NCBI GenBank assembly: GCA_965217775.1
Contig: CBDCJH010000002.1
Coordinates: 864,001-928,000 of the forward strand
Length of the DNA: 64,000 nt
DNA from: Acidobacteriota bacterium
GTDB taxonomy: Bacteria > Acidobacteriota > UBA6911 > RPQK01 > JAJDTT01
Direction of reading: 5' to 3'
Part shown: piece after piece, positions 42,737 through 54,543 of the stretch
Numbering within the stretch: position 1 is the first letter of the stretch
Layout: each line of letters begins with the position of its first letter
Notes under the pieces: generated by a model
Seen by the model: only the letters and a program-made list of their open reading frames with translations
What the model was told of the DNA's origin: nothing
The model's database searches: none
Program-made: the position numbers and the translations under genes

Positions 42737-43456
42737 ATGTTGGGAAGAAACGGGAAACTGTTAAATCTGGTGATTGTGACAGTTGCAATTGTCGGCGGCA
42801 CCATGCAATTCCTGTCATCCAAAGAAAATGAGTACGAGCGCGTCTATTGGGATCGTGGGGACGCACGCAAAGTCATTAAACGGGCCCATGTCACGGATAG
42901 TGGCAGCGTCGGAGAACTCTTCGCCGCCGCCGCCACTTTTGGGGTATCTCCACGCACACACGGCATCTGGCTCACAGACGATGTCTGTTGGTCGTTAGGA
43001 GTTTTCGTGCAGCATGAAGAGCGACGGACCGATGAAGAAAAGGAGGCGATTTACAAAGACTGTAGGGCTCACGCATCCGAGTACTACACGATCTACGTAT
43101 CGGCGCAGATAGCCGCTGGCGGATCACCCCTCGATACCTACCCCGACGTAACCGACACGCATCGCGTCGGGCAGATTTTCCTCCAGCAGCGCAAGAACAA
43201 GGACAAGTTCGTACGCCCGGCCAGGATCGACACACCACCAGATTATTTCATGCATCTCAGGATCGTAAGCAATGCCACTAAGATGGCGGATTTTGATATC
43301 GAACGGGACATCCTCATCAGGTTCCCGCGCAACGAAGAACTCTTGAGAGGCCAGAAGGACATCGACCTCGAGCTCCGCCAAGGGGGCAACAAGCAGCGGC
43401 TCAAGTTCAGCCTTAAGAAGCTGCGCGCCAACAAAGGGCGGCTGGACAACCTATAG
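42737..43456 (+). CDS. Hypothetical exported protein
   Basis: ORF with RBS and N-terminal hydrophobic segment. Confidence 0.6.
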   Translation: MLGRNGKLLNLVIVTVAIVGGTMQFLSSKENEYERVYWDRGDARKVIKRAHVTDSGSVGELFAAAATFGVSPRTHGIWLTDDVCWSLGVFVQHEERRTDEEKEAIYKDCRAHASEYYTIYVSAQIAAGGSPLDTYPDVTDTHRVGQIFLQQRKNKDKFVRPARIDTPPDYFMHLRIVSNATKMADFDIERDILIRFPRNEELLRGQKDIDLELRQGGNKQRLKFSLKKLRANKGRLDNL

Positions 43457-43460
43457 GGGC

Positions 43461-44468
43461 GTGAGCACGATAAAGCCCCTTACCGCATTCTATCCGGGAA
43501 CCGAATCACCACAGGGGGAGCGTAGCGTCCCTCTGATAGAAGAGGATATGCTTCGTCCCATGACCCCCCAAGACCCCCGAATGGCTAGGCTCCCGCGCCG
43601 GCTCCTTTCCCTTGTCATTCTGGCTGCGTTTCAATCTGAACCTGCCGAAGCCCAGGACATCGGGCCTCTACAAACGGCGGCGGAGCAAGGCGACGCCAAC
43701 GCTCAATTCAACCTAGGTCTCAGGTACGACGATGGTGACGGCGTACCTGAGAATGATCGGGAAGCGGTGAGGTGGTATCGGATGGCTGCCGATCAGGGTC
43801 ACGCTGCCGCCCAATTCACTCTTGGAACAATGTACTCTGGTGGTCGAGACGTGCCGGAGAATGACCAGGAAGCGGTGAAGTGGTATCGGATGGCCGCCGA
43901 TCAGGGTCACGTCGACGCCCAATTCGACCTTGGAGTCATGTACGCCAATGGCGAGGGTGTGCCGAAGGACTACGTGAAAGCCTATGCCTGGTCGAATCTC
44001 GCCGCCGCCCAGCGACAGCCCCTCGCCGCCCGCCAAAAAACCTTGCTCAGATCAGAAATGTCTGCCAAGCAAGTCGACGAGGCGCAGAAACTCTCCAGTG
44101 AGCTTTGGGAGCGCATCGGCCGAGGTAAGAGTCTGGGCGAGGGCTCAGGATCTGAGGCTGGAGACGGCGGCCGCGTCTATCGATATGGGGAGAGCGAAGT
44201 TACCAACCCCGTCCCCATAGTGCAGACGACTCCCAGTTACACCCAGGCCGCCCAGGCCGCCAAGGTTCAGGGTGTGGTCTGGATCCAGGCCATCATCCGA
44301 AAGGATGGCAGACTCGACTGCTTCAAGGTCATTCGGGGATTGGGCCACGGACTAGATGAAGAGGCCATCCGGGAGATCGAGACCAACTGGCGCTTTCAGC
44401 CCGGAAGGCTCAATGGGAAACCGGTGGATGTCCTTGCGACCATCGAAGTCCAGTTCAACCTGAGATAG
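43461..44468 (+). CDS. Sel1-repeat protein fused to a TonB C-terminal domain (start uncertain)
   Basis: Three AQFxLGxxY..G.GVP Sel1 repeats; PSYT..A..AKVQGVV...GLGHGLDEEA...WRFQPG..NGKPV. Confidence 0.85.
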   Translation: MSTIKPLTAFYPGTESPQGERSVPLIEEDMLRPMTPQDPRMARLPRRLLSLVILAAFQSEPAEAQDIGPLQTAAEQGDANAQFNLGLRYDDGDGVPENDREAVRWYRMAADQGHAAAQFTLGTMYSGGRDVPENDQEAVKWYRMAADQGHVDAQFDLGVMYANGEGVPKDYVKAYAWSNLAAAQRQPLAARQKTLLRSEMSAKQVDEAQKLSSELWERIGRGKSLGEGSGSEAGDGGRVYRYGESEVTNPVPIVQTTPSYTQAAQAAKVQGVVWIQAIIRKDGRLDCFKVIRGLGHGLDEEAIREIETNWRFQPGRLNGKPVDVLATIEVQFNLR

Positions 44469-44528
44469 AAGAAGACGGTCAGCCGGAGCGTCCTCGCGGC
44501 TCAGGGGGCTGTATCCGTCCTTCTCCTT

Positions 44529-44867
44529 CTACTGGCGGGGACCGGCACCCCGTCTCAGAGAGTCGAGCAAAACACGAGGCGGATCGGCCGGCCGATCCGT
44601 GGGGATGCCGTGGCGGCGGCAGATCCTCTGGACAGCAGCCGCTGTCCACTTCCCGACTGCGTACCCTGCCCGGCGGCCAGGGGGCGCGATCGACCCTTCG
44701 AGAGACGCCGCGATGCGGCGCAGAGACCAGCCCAGAACCCGGCCGCCCCAAATCAACAGCACCACCTGGTTATCGTGCTCACTGACCAGTTCCCGGACCC
44801 GCTCACGGGCCGCCCGCCGGCCGGGCTTGGTGTTGATCTTCCGGCACCTTGTCCTCAATCTAGACAT
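44529..44867 (-). CDS. Small protein resembling a recombinase DNA-binding module
   Basis: GWSLRRIAASLE..IAPPG...GKWTAAAVQRI. Confidence 0.45.
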   Translation of the reverse strand: MSRLRTRCRKINTKPGRRAARERVRELVSEHDNQVVLLIWGGRVLGWSLRRIAASLEGSIAPPGRRAGYAVGKWTAAAVQRICRRHGIPTDRPADPPRVLLDSLRRGAGPRQ

Positions 44868-44905
44868 GATACACAGCCGCCGTGACCAAGTTCGCGCCGA
44901 CAAAC

Positions 44906-47050
44906 CAGGGCCATCCCACGCTAGGAATATCTGACGATTCGCCCCAACAACCGCAGAGGTTTGCATTCTCCGCTGGCTTTTTTTCGCCCCAGGCTTCATC
45001 CTGGGGGTATGAGCGCTCCAGCAGACGACGAAGTGATCTTCAAGGAAACCCCGGAAGGCTTTTTCCTCAACGATGCCCAGGTGCGACTGGCCCGCCCCGA
45101 CGAGCGGGTGAAGTGGGACCGACGGGTTCACCAACACCATTACCTCGGCTTCAAACGGTTTGCCGGTCGCGGTCTGCGCTACGTCGTCGAATGGCGCGGG
45201 AAGTGGCTGGCGCTCGCCGGCTGGCAGTCGGGCGCCTTCAAGTGTCGGCATCGGGACCGCTGGATCGGGTGGAAGCCCGACCTGCAGTACCGGCGTCTGC
45301 ATCTGATCGCAAACAACACGCGATTCGTGATTCTCGCTTCCAAGGGCGTCTTCCCGGGTCTCGGCTCCTGGACGCTGGCCCGGATGCTGCGGCGTCTCGG
45401 TGACGACTGGCAGGCGCACTATGGACACCCGGTACTGATCGCCGAGAGCTTTGTCGACCCCGCCCGCTTCGACGGCGCCCTCTACCGCGCTTCCAACTGG
45501 CGTTATCTCGGCGACACGCGGGGGTTTGCGCGTCACAACGGTCGCTATACCGATCCTCACGGCCAGCCGAAGCAGCTGTACGTGTCCCCGTTGCGGCGCA
45601 ACGCCTGCCGTCGTCTGCGCGACCCTCGCCCGCTGACCTCGAAGTGGGAGCCCAAGGGTCCGACCCGGAAGGGCGCGAGCGAGTTGCGCTCGCTGGTTCA
45701 GGAGTTGGCCGAGATCAAGGATTTCCGGCGTGCCCAGGGGCGCAAGCATTCCGTGGCCTCGGTGCTCACCGTCTACCTGCTCGCGAGGCTGGCGAACCTG
45801 CGCGGTCCGGTCGCGGCCGCCGAGTATGCGCAGAAGCTCTCGCAGCCGGAACTCGAGGCGATCGGCGCCTGGAAGAACCCCCGGACCGGCCGCTACGTTC
45901 CGGTCTCCAAGTCCACCCTGCACCGCGTGATCTCCTCGGTGGATCCGGACCAGATCGAGGCCGTGCTCCGGCGGTTCTCGATGCCGAGACTGCAACTGGG
46001 CCGCGCGATTGCGGTGGACGGCAAGCGGATTCGCGGCGCCAACCGCAACGGAGACGGACATTTCGAGACCGCGACACTGGTGGAGCACACCACCGGATTG
46101 CCCCTCGCCACCCTCAGCTTCAATGAAGAGGGCGGGGAGATCGCTGCCGTGCGCGCTCTGCTGGAGAAGGTCGATGTCTCGGGACGCGTCCTCACGGTCG
46201 ACGCCTTGCACACCACCCGCGAGACCGCGCGCGTCATCGTCGAAACCCACGGGGCCGACTATCTCATGACGGTCAAGGAAAACGCCCCCGAAACCCATGA
46301 GATGCTCTCGACCATCGACTGGAACCGGGACGCGACCGGGTCTTTCCAGGAAGAGACCGACTTGGCCCATGGGCGCATCGAGCAGCGCTCCATCCAGGTC
46401 ATGACTCCTCTGGAGGGCCTCCTGAACTACCCCCACGTCGCCCAGATCTTCCGCATCACACGCCGGCGCACCGACGCCCGGCAAAACGGAACCGGAAAAA
46501 CCAGCCGCGAGCAGGTCTACGGCATCACCTCGGCGCCGGCTTACCGCGCGTCCCCCCGGCAACTCCTTGCCGACAACCGCGGCCACTGGGCGGTCGAAGT
46601 CAATCACAACCTCCGGGACACCCTCTTTGCCGAAGACGACTGTCTCGCCCGCACCCGATTCGCGCCGGCGAACAATGCGACCTGCACCAACCTCGCGATC
46701 GCGATCATCATTCACCAGACTTCGTTTGACAGCTTCGCCTCCGCCACTCGCCACTTCGCACTCCAACGCCAGGACGCCTTCACCGCGCTGCAGTCTCCGT
46801 GAGCACCGGCCCAACTCCCATCCCCACACGGCGACGATCCGATCCCTCCCGCCGTCCCTGAGACGGAACTTCTACTCGTCCGCAGCCCGACCGGGCCGCT
46901 CGGGACCCTCAGCGGCAGGAGCTCAGGGCCCTGACGGCCCCATGGTGGCGCCCCCATTCGGACCGACCCAACGCCCAGGCCGACAGCAGCGCGCCCTGAT
47001 CTCGAAAATCAACTCAATTCACGGCAATGTCAGAGCGTGGGATAGTCCTG
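44906..47050 (+). mobile_element. ISAs1-family element
   Basis: TIRs CAGGGCCATCCCACGCT / CAGGACTATCCCACGCT; perfect 10-bp TSD GCCGACAAAC (44896-44905, 47051-47060). Confidence 0.93.
45009..46802 (+). CDS. DUF4338 (DruA-like) plus ISAs1 DDE transposase fusion
   Basis: HHYLG, RDRWIGW, NNTRF, YRASNW; then AVDGK, TVDALHT, VKEN, HGRIE, HWAVE. Confidence 0.88.
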   Translation: MSAPADDEVIFKETPEGFFLNDAQVRLARPDERVKWDRRVHQHHYLGFKRFAGRGLRYVVEWRGKWLALAGWQSGAFKCRHRDRWIGWKPDLQYRRLHLIANNTRFVILASKGVFPGLGSWTLARMLRRLGDDWQAHYGHPVLIAESFVDPARFDGALYRASNWRYLGDTRGFARHNGRYTDPHGQPKQLYVSPLRRNACRRLRDPRPLTSKWEPKGPTRKGASELRSLVQELAEIKDFRRAQGRKHSVASVLTVYLLARLANLRGPVAAAEYAQKLSQPELEAIGAWKNPRTGRYVPVSKSTLHRVISSVDPDQIEAVLRRFSMPRLQLGRAIAVDGKRIRGANRNGDGHFETATLVEHTTGLPLATLSFNEEGGEIAAVRALLEKVDVSGRVLTVDALHTTRETARVIVETHGADYLMTVKENAPETHEMLSTIDWNRDATGSFQEETDLAHGRIEQRSIQVMTPLEGLLNYPHVAQIFRITRRRTDARQNGTGKTSREQVYGITSAPAYRASPRQLLADNRGHWAVEVNHNLRDTLFAEDDCLARTRFAPANNATCTNLAIAIIIHQTSFDSFASATRHFALQRQDAFTALQSP

Positions 47051-47609
47051 GCCGACAAACGCCCCGTAGCTCGTTTTCGGGTCCGAACCGGCCAGATCCC
47101 ACGCTCGATGGAGCGCTGCAGGGTCTCTGGACGTCCAAATTGTCCCGGTGGAACTCCCCGCGGCCGCCGCGGACCGCCGATGGCTAGTGTATCAAGTCCG
47201 AGATTGGGGAACTTTCTGCCCGTCGGGTGTTTTTCGTTTCCGCAAACCCCAGGAAACAAACCAATCCCCGACCGAGTTCCGGAAGCAGGACCGCGTTTTC
47301 CCGATTGTCCGAGGGCTGGAGTTCGCGGCCGAAAAAACAGTCTGCGCCCGGTTGGAGAAATCCCCACTCGACCGCGAGGCTCTGGCGGAGCCTGGCCGCC
47401 GCCCAGGGGCCTATACCCTATCTTCGTCCGCCCTCGCCAAGCCAACATAGGCCCTCAGAGGGCGTCTTTTTTCCCGGGATCGGCCCCATTCGGTCCGGGA
47501 GCATCGAAACTGCCCGAATCCTGGCGCTCCAGTGCCAGGCCCTGAAGCGTTACGGACCTCCTATCCGATTCGCCCCGGGTGAAGATCCCTTCTCCACGGG
47601 CCGTGAATT

Positions 47610-47637
47610 ATTGTCGGTAAAGTACGTTACCGTAAAC
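47610..47637. other. Xer/dif-like tyrosine recombinase site
   Basis: CGGTAA-AGTACG-TTACCG: inverted arms around a 6-bp spacer, immediately before the recombinase start. Confidence 0.6.
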
Positions 47638-47640
47638 GGT

Positions 47641-48013
47641 ATGTCCAACTCGCTTCCCGCCCTCGCCCCCCTCAAACCCGCCCGCGGGCAGTTACACGCA
47701 GAAGTTCTCCCGGCCGTGCTCGATTGGGCCAGCCGCGCCGCCTGCTTCGCGGCGGACGAGTTCTTCTCCGCCCGGATCTCCAACGCCGAGACCCTCCGGG
47801 CCATGCTTGAGCGGCGGCTCGTCAGCCGGGCTCCCCGCCCACCTGACGCCTCACTCCTTCCGGGTCATGGTCGTCACCGCCCTGCTGTCCCAGAAGGTCC
47901 CCGTCGAGGCGGTCCAGCACCTGGTCGGGCACTCCCACCCGTCTACCACCCAGTTCTACAACCGGCGCCGCCGGCGCATCACCCGAAACGTCGTCGAGCG
48001 CATCCCCTTCTAG
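47641..48013 (+). pseudogene. Internally deleted tyrosine recombinase
   Basis: N-terminus (EFFSARISNAETLRA) joined out of frame to C-terminal HSFR...LVGH...TTQFY. Confidence 0.75.
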
Positions 48014-48108
48014 GCCACCACGAACCGGGCGAACAGGCCTCTCGATCTCCGACTTGAGCGCCTTAGACACCGCCAGATCCCAAATTCCGCAGGCAATTAC
48101 CAAGGGAT

Positions 48109-51100
48109 ATGAGACAAGCAGGGGAACGGTGTAGAATAGACACTATCTTGCCTGCAGGTTTGGGTTTCAGACGGATTCCAGCGGCTATTGTGGCGGTTCT
48201 CACCGGTGTTGCGGTGTTGAGCGCGGCCCCCGTGGCGGGCTCGACTGCGGACGAGGCGCCCGTGGATTTTCAGTCGCAGGTGCGCCCCATCCTTTCCGAC
48301 ACCTGTTTCGAGTGCCACGGCCCGGACCCCAAGGCTCGGCTTGCGGATTTGAGGCTAGACCTGGAGGAGGGAGTCTTCTCCGAGCGGCCGACCGGTTCGC
48401 CGGTCACTCCAGGGGAACCGGATTCGAGCCTCATCTACCAGCGGATCACTCACCCGGATTCCGCCCTGCGGATGCCGCCCAAATACGCCCACAAGGAGCT
48501 GACGGAGGATCAGATCCATTTGGTGCGCCGTTGGATCGAGGAGGGGGCACCGTGGGAGGAGCACTGGTCCTTCGCGCCGCTGACCCGGCCTGCGCCGCCC
48601 CTGGTCCAGTCCCCAGAGTGGGTTCGCAATCCCATCGACCGCTTCGTCCTGGCCCGTCTCGAGAAGGAGGGATTGACGCCGGCCCGGGAGGCGGACCACC
48701 GCACTCTGGCCCGGCGGGTCTCCCTGGATCTCACCGGTTTGCCACCCCTGCCGGAGGAAGTGGAGAAGTTCGTGGCGGATGCCTCTTCGGACGCCTACGC
48801 CAAGTGGATCGACGGGCGAATGCGATCCCCGGCCTACGGGGAGCACCGGGGCCGCTATTGGCTCGATGCGGCCCGCTACGGCGACACCCACGGCCTGCAC
48901 ATCGACAACTACCGCGAGATGTGGGCCTACCGGGAGTGGGTCATCCGGGCCTTCAACCGGAACCTGCCCTTCGACCAGTTCACGGTGGACCAGTTGGCCG
49001 GCGACCTGCTGCCCGATCCGACTCCGGAGCAACTCGTCGCCACCGGCTTCCATCGCTGCAACATCACCACCAACGAAGGGGGCGTGATCAAAGAGGAAGT
49101 GGAGGTCATGTACGCCAAGGACCGGGTCGACACCACCGGCACGGTCTGGCTGGGCCTGACGGTCGGGTGCGCCACCTGCCACGACCACAAGTTCGATCCC
49201 ATTACCCAGAAGGATTTCTACTCGTTGGCCGCCTTCTTCCGCAATACCACCCAGAAGCCTCTGGACGGAAATGTCTTCGACCCGCCTCCCGTGATGATCG
49301 TGCCGGCCAGAAGCGACACCCTGCGATGGGATCAACTGAAGCAGGAGGAGCCGGCCGCCAGAGACAAGCGAGACGAGGTCGAGCGGACCGCCGATAAGGA
49401 GTTCCTCCGCTGGTTGGACTCGGACTCGCGCCTCGATTTGAACCTGCATGAATTCGACGCCTCGCAGGCCTTCTCCCTGGAACTGGGAGAGGCACCACAC
49501 CTCCGCGTCGGTTCGGAGAAGAGAGAACTGGTGTTGTCCGGATCCACGCGGATCGACCGGTCCGGTCCCATCCCGTCCCTGGAACTGCCCGAAGACTCCT
49601 TCGTGGAGATCGAGGATTTCCCGGGCCTCGAAGCGGACCGTTCCTTTACCGTTTCAGTGACCTTCCGGTTTCGGAAAGCGGGCTCCCGCATGATCCTGGC
49701 CCGGCAGATCGATCCGGACAAGGACAACCGCGGCTGGAGTCTGGAGATCATCGGCGACCGGCCGTCGCTGATGCTTCAGGTGAAGGATGGCCGCAACCTG
49801 GGGGTCCGCGGCGTCGAGGAGAACAAGTTGGCGCCGGATCAGTGGCACAACGCGATCGTCACCTACGATGGCCTGCGCCAGCGTACCGGCATGAACCTCT
49901 ACCTCGACGGTGTTGTCGTTCCCACCCAGAGCTTCGGCCGGGCCATCCGGGTCCTGGAGGGATCGATCCGGAACAGCGAGCCTCTGGTGCTCGGCGCGGG
50001 GGACCGGCCGTCCGCCGGCAAGTACGACTTTCTGAACGGTTCGATTCGCCAGTTCAGGATTCTGGGCCGGGCGGTGGACGAGGCGGAGGCCCGGCTGTTG
50101 GCGCGTTGGGATACGCTGGCCGCCGTTCGGAAACGGGATCGGGAGGAGTTGGATTCCGGAGACCGGGAGGCGCTACGGGCCTATTTTCTGGTTCGCCGGC
50201 ACGCCGCGTTCGGGCGGGCGGCTCGGGACTTGAAATCGCTTCAGGACGAGCGCCGCGCGATCCTGCGCCGGAGCAGTCTGACCCACGTGATGCACGAGAA
50301 CACGGACAGCGATCCCATGGCCCACATTCTCCGGCGGGGGATGTACGACCAGCGAGGCGAGGAGGTGCGGCCGGCCACCCCGGGCGTTCTCCCTGCCATG
50401 GACCCGGACCTCCCGCGGAACCGGCTGGGATTGGCCCGGTGGCTGGTGGCGGACGACAACCCACTCACCAGCCGGGTCATGGTGAACCGCTTCTGGCAGG
50501 AAGTCTTCGGTACGGGTCTGGTGAGGACGTCGGAAGATTTCGGGTCCCAGGGAGAGGCGCCCACGCATCCTGAGCTCCTGGACTGGCTCGCGGTCGAGTT
50601 TCGGGATTCGGGATGGGACGTGAAGCATCTCTTCCGCCTGATGCTGGACTCGGCCACCTACCGGCAGTCGGCCCGCGCGACCGACGAGAAGATCAAGAAG
50701 GATCCGGGAAATCGCCTCTTCTCCCGGGGGCCCCGATTTCGCATGGACGGGGAGATGGTGCGGGATTACGTCCTGGCCGCCAGTGGACTGTTGGAACCTC
50801 GAATCGGCGGACCCAGCGTCAGGACGTATCAGCCGGAGGGACTGTGGGAAGCGGTGGCCATGGAGGGCAGCAACACCCGTTTCTACAAACAGGACTCGGG
50901 ATCTGACATTTACCGGAGGAGCCTCTACACCTTCTGGAAGCGGGCCGCGCCCCCGCCGCAACTGATGGTCTTCAACGCTCCCACGCGGGAGGAATGCACG
51001 GTTCGGCGCGAGCGCACCAACACGCCCTTGCAGGCCCTGCTGACGCTCAACGGGGTCCAGTTCTTCGAAGCCGCCCGCCATTTGGCCCAGCGGGCCATGC

Positions 51101-51363
51101 AGGCGGCGCCGGGACCGGAACAGCGTATCGACTTCATGTCCTCTCGCCTCCTGGCGCGTTCCCTCCAGGGGCCGGAGCAGGAGGTGGCCCGGAAAGCCTA
51201 TAAGGATTATCTGAATTACTACGGGGCCCACCCCGACCAGGCCGAGAAGGCCCTTTCGGTCGGCGATTCCGAAGCCGACGGGAGCCTGCCCAAAGCCGAG
51301 TTCGCCGCCTGGACCATGGTGGCCAATCAGCTCATGAATCTGGACGAGGTGTTGAACAAATGA
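48109..51363 (+). CDS. Planctomycete cytochrome c / DUF1549 / LamG / DUF1553 protein
   Basis: [49 protein letters not shown]. Confidence 0.9.
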   Translation: MRQAGERCRIDTILPAGLGFRRIPAAIVAVLTGVAVLSAAPVAGSTADEAPVDFQSQVRPILSDTCFECHGPDPKARLADLRLDLEEGVFSERPTGSPVTPGEPDSSLIYQRITHPDSALRMPPKYAHKELTEDQIHLVRRWIEEGAPWEEHWSFAPLTRPAPPLVQSPEWVRNPIDRFVLARLEKEGLTPAREADHRTLARRVSLDLTGLPPLPEEVEKFVADASSDAYAKWIDGRMRSPAYGEHRGRYWLDAARYGDTHGLHIDNYREMWAYREWVIRAFNRNLPFDQFTVDQLAGDLLPDPTPEQLVATGFHRCNITTNEGGVIKEEVEVMYAKDRVDTTGTVWLGLTVGCATCHDHKFDPITQKDFYSLAAFFRNTTQKPLDGNVFDPPPVMIVPARSDTLRWDQLKQEEPAARDKRDEVERTADKEFLRWLDSDSRLDLNLHEFDASQAFSLELGEAPHLRVGSEKRELVLSGSTRIDRSGPIPSLELPEDSFVEIEDFPGLEADRSFTVSVTFRFRKAGSRMILARQIDPDKDNRGWSLEIIGDRPSLMLQVKDGRNLGVRGVEENKLAPDQWHNAIVTYDGLRQRTGMNLYLDGVVVPTQSFGRAIRVLEGSIRNSEPLVLGAGDRPSAGKYDFLNGSIRQFRILGRAVDEAEARLLARWDTLAAVRKRDREELDSGDREALRAYFLVRRHAAFGRAARDLKSLQDERRAILRRSSLTHVMHENTDSDPMAHILRRGMYDQRGEEVRPATPGVLPAMDPDLPRNRLGLARWLVADDNPLTSRVMVNRFWQEVFGTGLVRTSEDFGSQGEAPTHPELLDWLAVEFRDSGWDVKHLFRLMLDSATYRQSARATDEKIKKDPGNRLFSRGPRFRMDGEMVRDYVLAASGLLEPRIGGPSVRTYQPEGLWEAVAMEGSNTRFYKQDSGSDIYRRSLYTFWKRAAPPPQLMVFNAPTREECTVRRERTNTPLQALLTLNGVQFFEAARHLAQRAMQAAPGPEQRIDFMSSRLLARSLQGPEQEVARKAYKDYLNYYGAHPDQAEKALSVGDSEADGSLPKAEFAAWTMVANQLMNLDEVLNK

Positions 51364-52853
51364 CCTGCCATTGGACTCCTCCCTGCATTCTCTCCGACGA
51401 AGCGGTTCGAATCGAGACCCGCCGGCAGCTCTTCGCCCGTGGCGCCCGAGGTCTCGGGCTCGCCGCCCTGGCCACGCTTCTGGGCGAGGACGCCACGGCA
51501 GCGGGCGCCGGAGCGCTGGATCAGACGGGTGGACTTCCCCACCTGCCCCACTTTGCTCCCAAGGCCAAGCGGGCCATCTACATGCACATGGTGGGGGCGC
51601 CGCCGCAGATGGAGACCTTCGACTACAAGCCGGAGCTGGAGAAGTGGCTGGACAAGGACCTGCCCGACTCGATTCGCAAGGGGCAGCGGTTGACCACCAT
51701 GACCTCGGGACAGGAGCGATTTCCCATCGTTCCGTCGGCCTTCAAGTTTCAGCAGCATGGCCGGAGCGGGGCCTGGATCTCGGAGCTCCTGCCCTACACG
51801 GCCCGCATGGCGGACGATCTGGCCATCATCCGTTCCATGCACACGGAGGCCATCAACCACGAGCCGGCCATCACCTTCATCCAGACCGGCCGTGAAGTGG
51901 CGGGACGGCCCTGCATCGGTTCCTGGCTGGCATACGGACTGGGGAGCATGAACCGGGACCTGCCCACCTTCGTGGTTCTCAACGCCTCCCACAGCCATCC
52001 CAAGGCCAACGTGCAAGCCATCTCCGCCAAGCTCTGGACCTCCGGCTTCCTCTCCTCCAAGTTCGCCGGGGTCTCCCTGAGGTCCACCGGCGACCCGGTC
52101 CTGTACGTGAACAATCCCGACGGCGTGCCCAGCCGGATTCGCCGCCGAATGCTGGACTCGCTGGCCGAGATGAACCGGCTCCAGCACCGGCAGATCGGAG
52201 ACCCGGAGACCCTGTCGCGGATCGAACAATACGAGATGGCGTTCCGGATGCAGAGTTCCGTCCCCGAGTTGACGGACCTTTCCAAGGAACCGGAGAGCAC
52301 CTATCGCCTCTACGGCGAGGACGCGAAGGTCCCCGGAACCTTCGCCCACAGTTGCCTGATGGCCCGCCGCTTGGCCGAACGCAACGTCCGTTTCGTCCAG
52401 ATCTACCATCGGGGATGGGACGTGCACCGCGAGGTGCCCCAGGTGCTACCGAGCCAGTGCAAGGACGTGGACCAGGGCTGCTGGGGGCTGGTCCAGGACC
52501 TGAAGCAGAGAGGGCTCCTGGAAGACACCCTGGTGATCTGGGGCGGCGAGTTCGGCCGCACCGCCTACTGCCAGGGCAAGCTCACCGACACGACCTACGG
52601 ACGGGATCACCATCCCCGCTGTTTCAGCCTCTGGATGGCCGGGGGCGGTATCCGGGGAGGCGTCGTCCACGGCGAGACCGACGACTTCGCCTACAACATC
52701 GTGCGCGACCCGGTCCATGTGCGCGACTTCCAGGCCACCATCCTTTCGCTCTTCGGCATCGACCACGATCGCTTCACCTTTCGCTACCAGGGCCTGGACA
52801 ACCGCCTGACCGGAGTCGACCCGGCTCGGGTGGTGAAACCCATTCTGGCCTGA
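51360..52853 (+). CDS. DUF1501 protein
   Basis: [26 protein letters not shown]. Confidence 0.9.
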   Translation: MTCHWTPPCILSDEAVRIETRRQLFARGARGLGLAALATLLGEDATAAGAGALDQTGGLPHLPHFAPKAKRAIYMHMVGAPPQMETFDYKPELEKWLDKDLPDSIRKGQRLTTMTSGQERFPIVPSAFKFQQHGRSGAWISELLPYTARMADDLAIIRSMHTEAINHEPAITFIQTGREVAGRPCIGSWLAYGLGSMNRDLPTFVVLNASHSHPKANVQAISAKLWTSGFLSSKFAGVSLRSTGDPVLYVNNPDGVPSRIRRRMLDSLAEMNRLQHRQIGDPETLSRIEQYEMAFRMQSSVPELTDLSKEPESTYRLYGEDAKVPGTFAHSCLMARRLAERNVRFVQIYHRGWDVHREVPQVLPSQCKDVDQGCWGLVQDLKQRGLLEDTLVIWGGEFGRTAYCQGKLTDTTYGRDHHPRCFSLWMAGGGIRGGVVHGETDDFAYNIVRDPVHVRDFQATILSLFGIDHDRFTFRYQGLDNRLTGVDPARVVKPILA

Positions 52854-52883
52854 CGCGCAGCGCGTCGATTTCAAGGAGAAACC

Positions 52884-54506
52884 GTGAGAACAACTCGGGA
52901 AGGGAAGTGGACTGCCTGGGTCTTCCTCGCCGTCCTTCTGGGCGCGTGCGGCGGAGGGGCGCCTCCGAACGACGCACTGGAGATTTCCGGCCAATTCCAG
53001 CTCTTCGTGGACGACCACGTGGTGCAGGAGATGCATCAGGTCGCACGGCGCCTGAATCCCCTGAAGAAGCATCCCGCGAATCCCATTCTAAAGCCGGACC
53101 GGTCCTGGGAGGGGCAGCACACGACTCCCACCTTCGTGGCCTTCGACCGGAAAGACCGCCTCTACAAGATGTGGTACGTCTACATCTACCGGAACCAGAA
53201 GCCGGGGGAGAAGTACCTGCGCGTCGGCCGGTCCCGCGCCGGCCGGGCCTATGCCTTCTCGCGAGACGGAATCGTCTGGGAAAAACCGGACCTGGGCCTG
53301 ATCGAACTGCCCGGTCACGGACGCAAGAACAACGCCGTCCCCTATCAGCCCTCCCTCTACGATCTGCAGGATCCCGATCCCCAGAGGCGCTACAAGGCGG
53401 TCATCGGCATCGGCGACCGCTCCCGGAACATGGGCGTGGCCTTCTCTCCCGACGGTCTCCACTGGACTCCGTACGAGGGGAATCCCGTCATCGACCAGAG
53501 GGTCGGCGCGGGAAAGGTGATCTGGGACGACCGGATCCGGCAATACGTGGGATACCTGCGGCCTCTGCCGTCCCCTCCCGTCGCATTCATGGGGAATGTC
53601 TCGATCCGGGTCATCGGCCGGACCACCAGTCCCGACTTCCTGCAGTGGGAGTTGCCCCAGAACCAGGTCGTCCTGGTGCCGGATGAGCTGGATCCGCTGG
53701 ACACCCAGTTCTACACGGCCTCCGTCTACAAGGATCGTGGAGTCTATTTCGCGTTCCTGAGCGTCTACCACGTCAACTCCCTGATGGTGGACATCCAACT
53801 GGCCTTCAGCCGGGACGGGATCGAGTGGCAACGGGTCGGGAAGAGGCAACCGGTTCTCACCTACGGCATGCCCGACCGGTTCGATTCCCACGGCATCTAC
53901 GTCTACAGCCCCCCGGTGGTCCTGGAGGAGGAGATCCGGGTCTACTACCAGGGGCAGGACGAGGCCCATTCGCTGACGCCGGGAGACCTGTCGGTCCTGG
54001 CCCACCGTCCGGCGGCGCTGCCGACCGGGACCGAAAAGGCGCTGTCCGATTATCAGGGCGCAGCTTGGTGGTACGGAGTGATGCCCCAGCCCTGGACGCT
54101 GCACGGCGGTGCGGGCGGTTTGGCGGTGGCCCGGCGCGACGGCTTCGTCTCCCTGGACGCCGGCGCCGATCCCGGAGAGGTCGTGACCCGGACCCTCTGG
54201 TGCCGGGGTGGGAACCTGGTGGTCAACGCCGACGCCTCCGACCCTTCCGTCTGGAGGCGGGAGTGGAACCGTTGGAAGAAACATCCCGGGGGCCAGGGCG
54301 AAGTCCGAGTCGAGTTGCTGGACGAAAACGGCTCGGTCCTGCCCGGCTTCGAGGCCGCGCGTTGCGAACCGCTCCGAAGCGATGCCTTGGCCCAGACCAT
54401 GAGCTGGGAGGGTCAACCGGATCTGAACTCGTTGAAGGACCGGAAGATCCAAGTCCGGTTCCTGCTCCGGAACGCCAAGCTCTATTCCTTCCGATTGGGA
54501 AGCTGA
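52884..54506 (+). CDS. Lipoprotein, GH32/GH43-like beta-propeller
   Basis: Lipobox LGAC; SRDGIVW, SPDGLHW, RRDGFVSL. Confidence 0.7.
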   Translation: MRTTREGKWTAWVFLAVLLGACGGGAPPNDALEISGQFQLFVDDHVVQEMHQVARRLNPLKKHPANPILKPDRSWEGQHTTPTFVAFDRKDRLYKMWYVYIYRNQKPGEKYLRVGRSRAGRAYAFSRDGIVWEKPDLGLIELPGHGRKNNAVPYQPSLYDLQDPDPQRRYKAVIGIGDRSRNMGVAFSPDGLHWTPYEGNPVIDQRVGAGKVIWDDRIRQYVGYLRPLPSPPVAFMGNVSIRVIGRTTSPDFLQWELPQNQVVLVPDELDPLDTQFYTASVYKDRGVYFAFLSVYHVNSLMVDIQLAFSRDGIEWQRVGKRQPVLTYGMPDRFDSHGIYVYSPPVVLEEEIRVYYQGQDEAHSLTPGDLSVLAHRPAALPTGTEKALSDYQGAAWWYGVMPQPWTLHGGAGGLAVARRDGFVSLDAGADPGEVVTRTLWCRGGNLVVNADASDPSVWRREWNRWKKHPGGQGEVRVELLDENGSVLPGFEAARCEPLRSDALAQTMSWEGQPDLNSLKDRKIQVRFLLRNAKLYSFRLGS

Positions 54507-54543
54507 GGCCCCGTACGGGGCACTGCCTGCCTTCGTAGCGAAC

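Noticed and set aside
44868-46829. Most of the 766-aa minus-strand ORF
   Set aside because: Antisense to the ISAs1 transposase; only the distal part outside the IS is plausible
47060-47600. Several overlapping Pro/Arg-rich ORFs
   Set aside because: No recognisable motifs; probably non-coding element sequence
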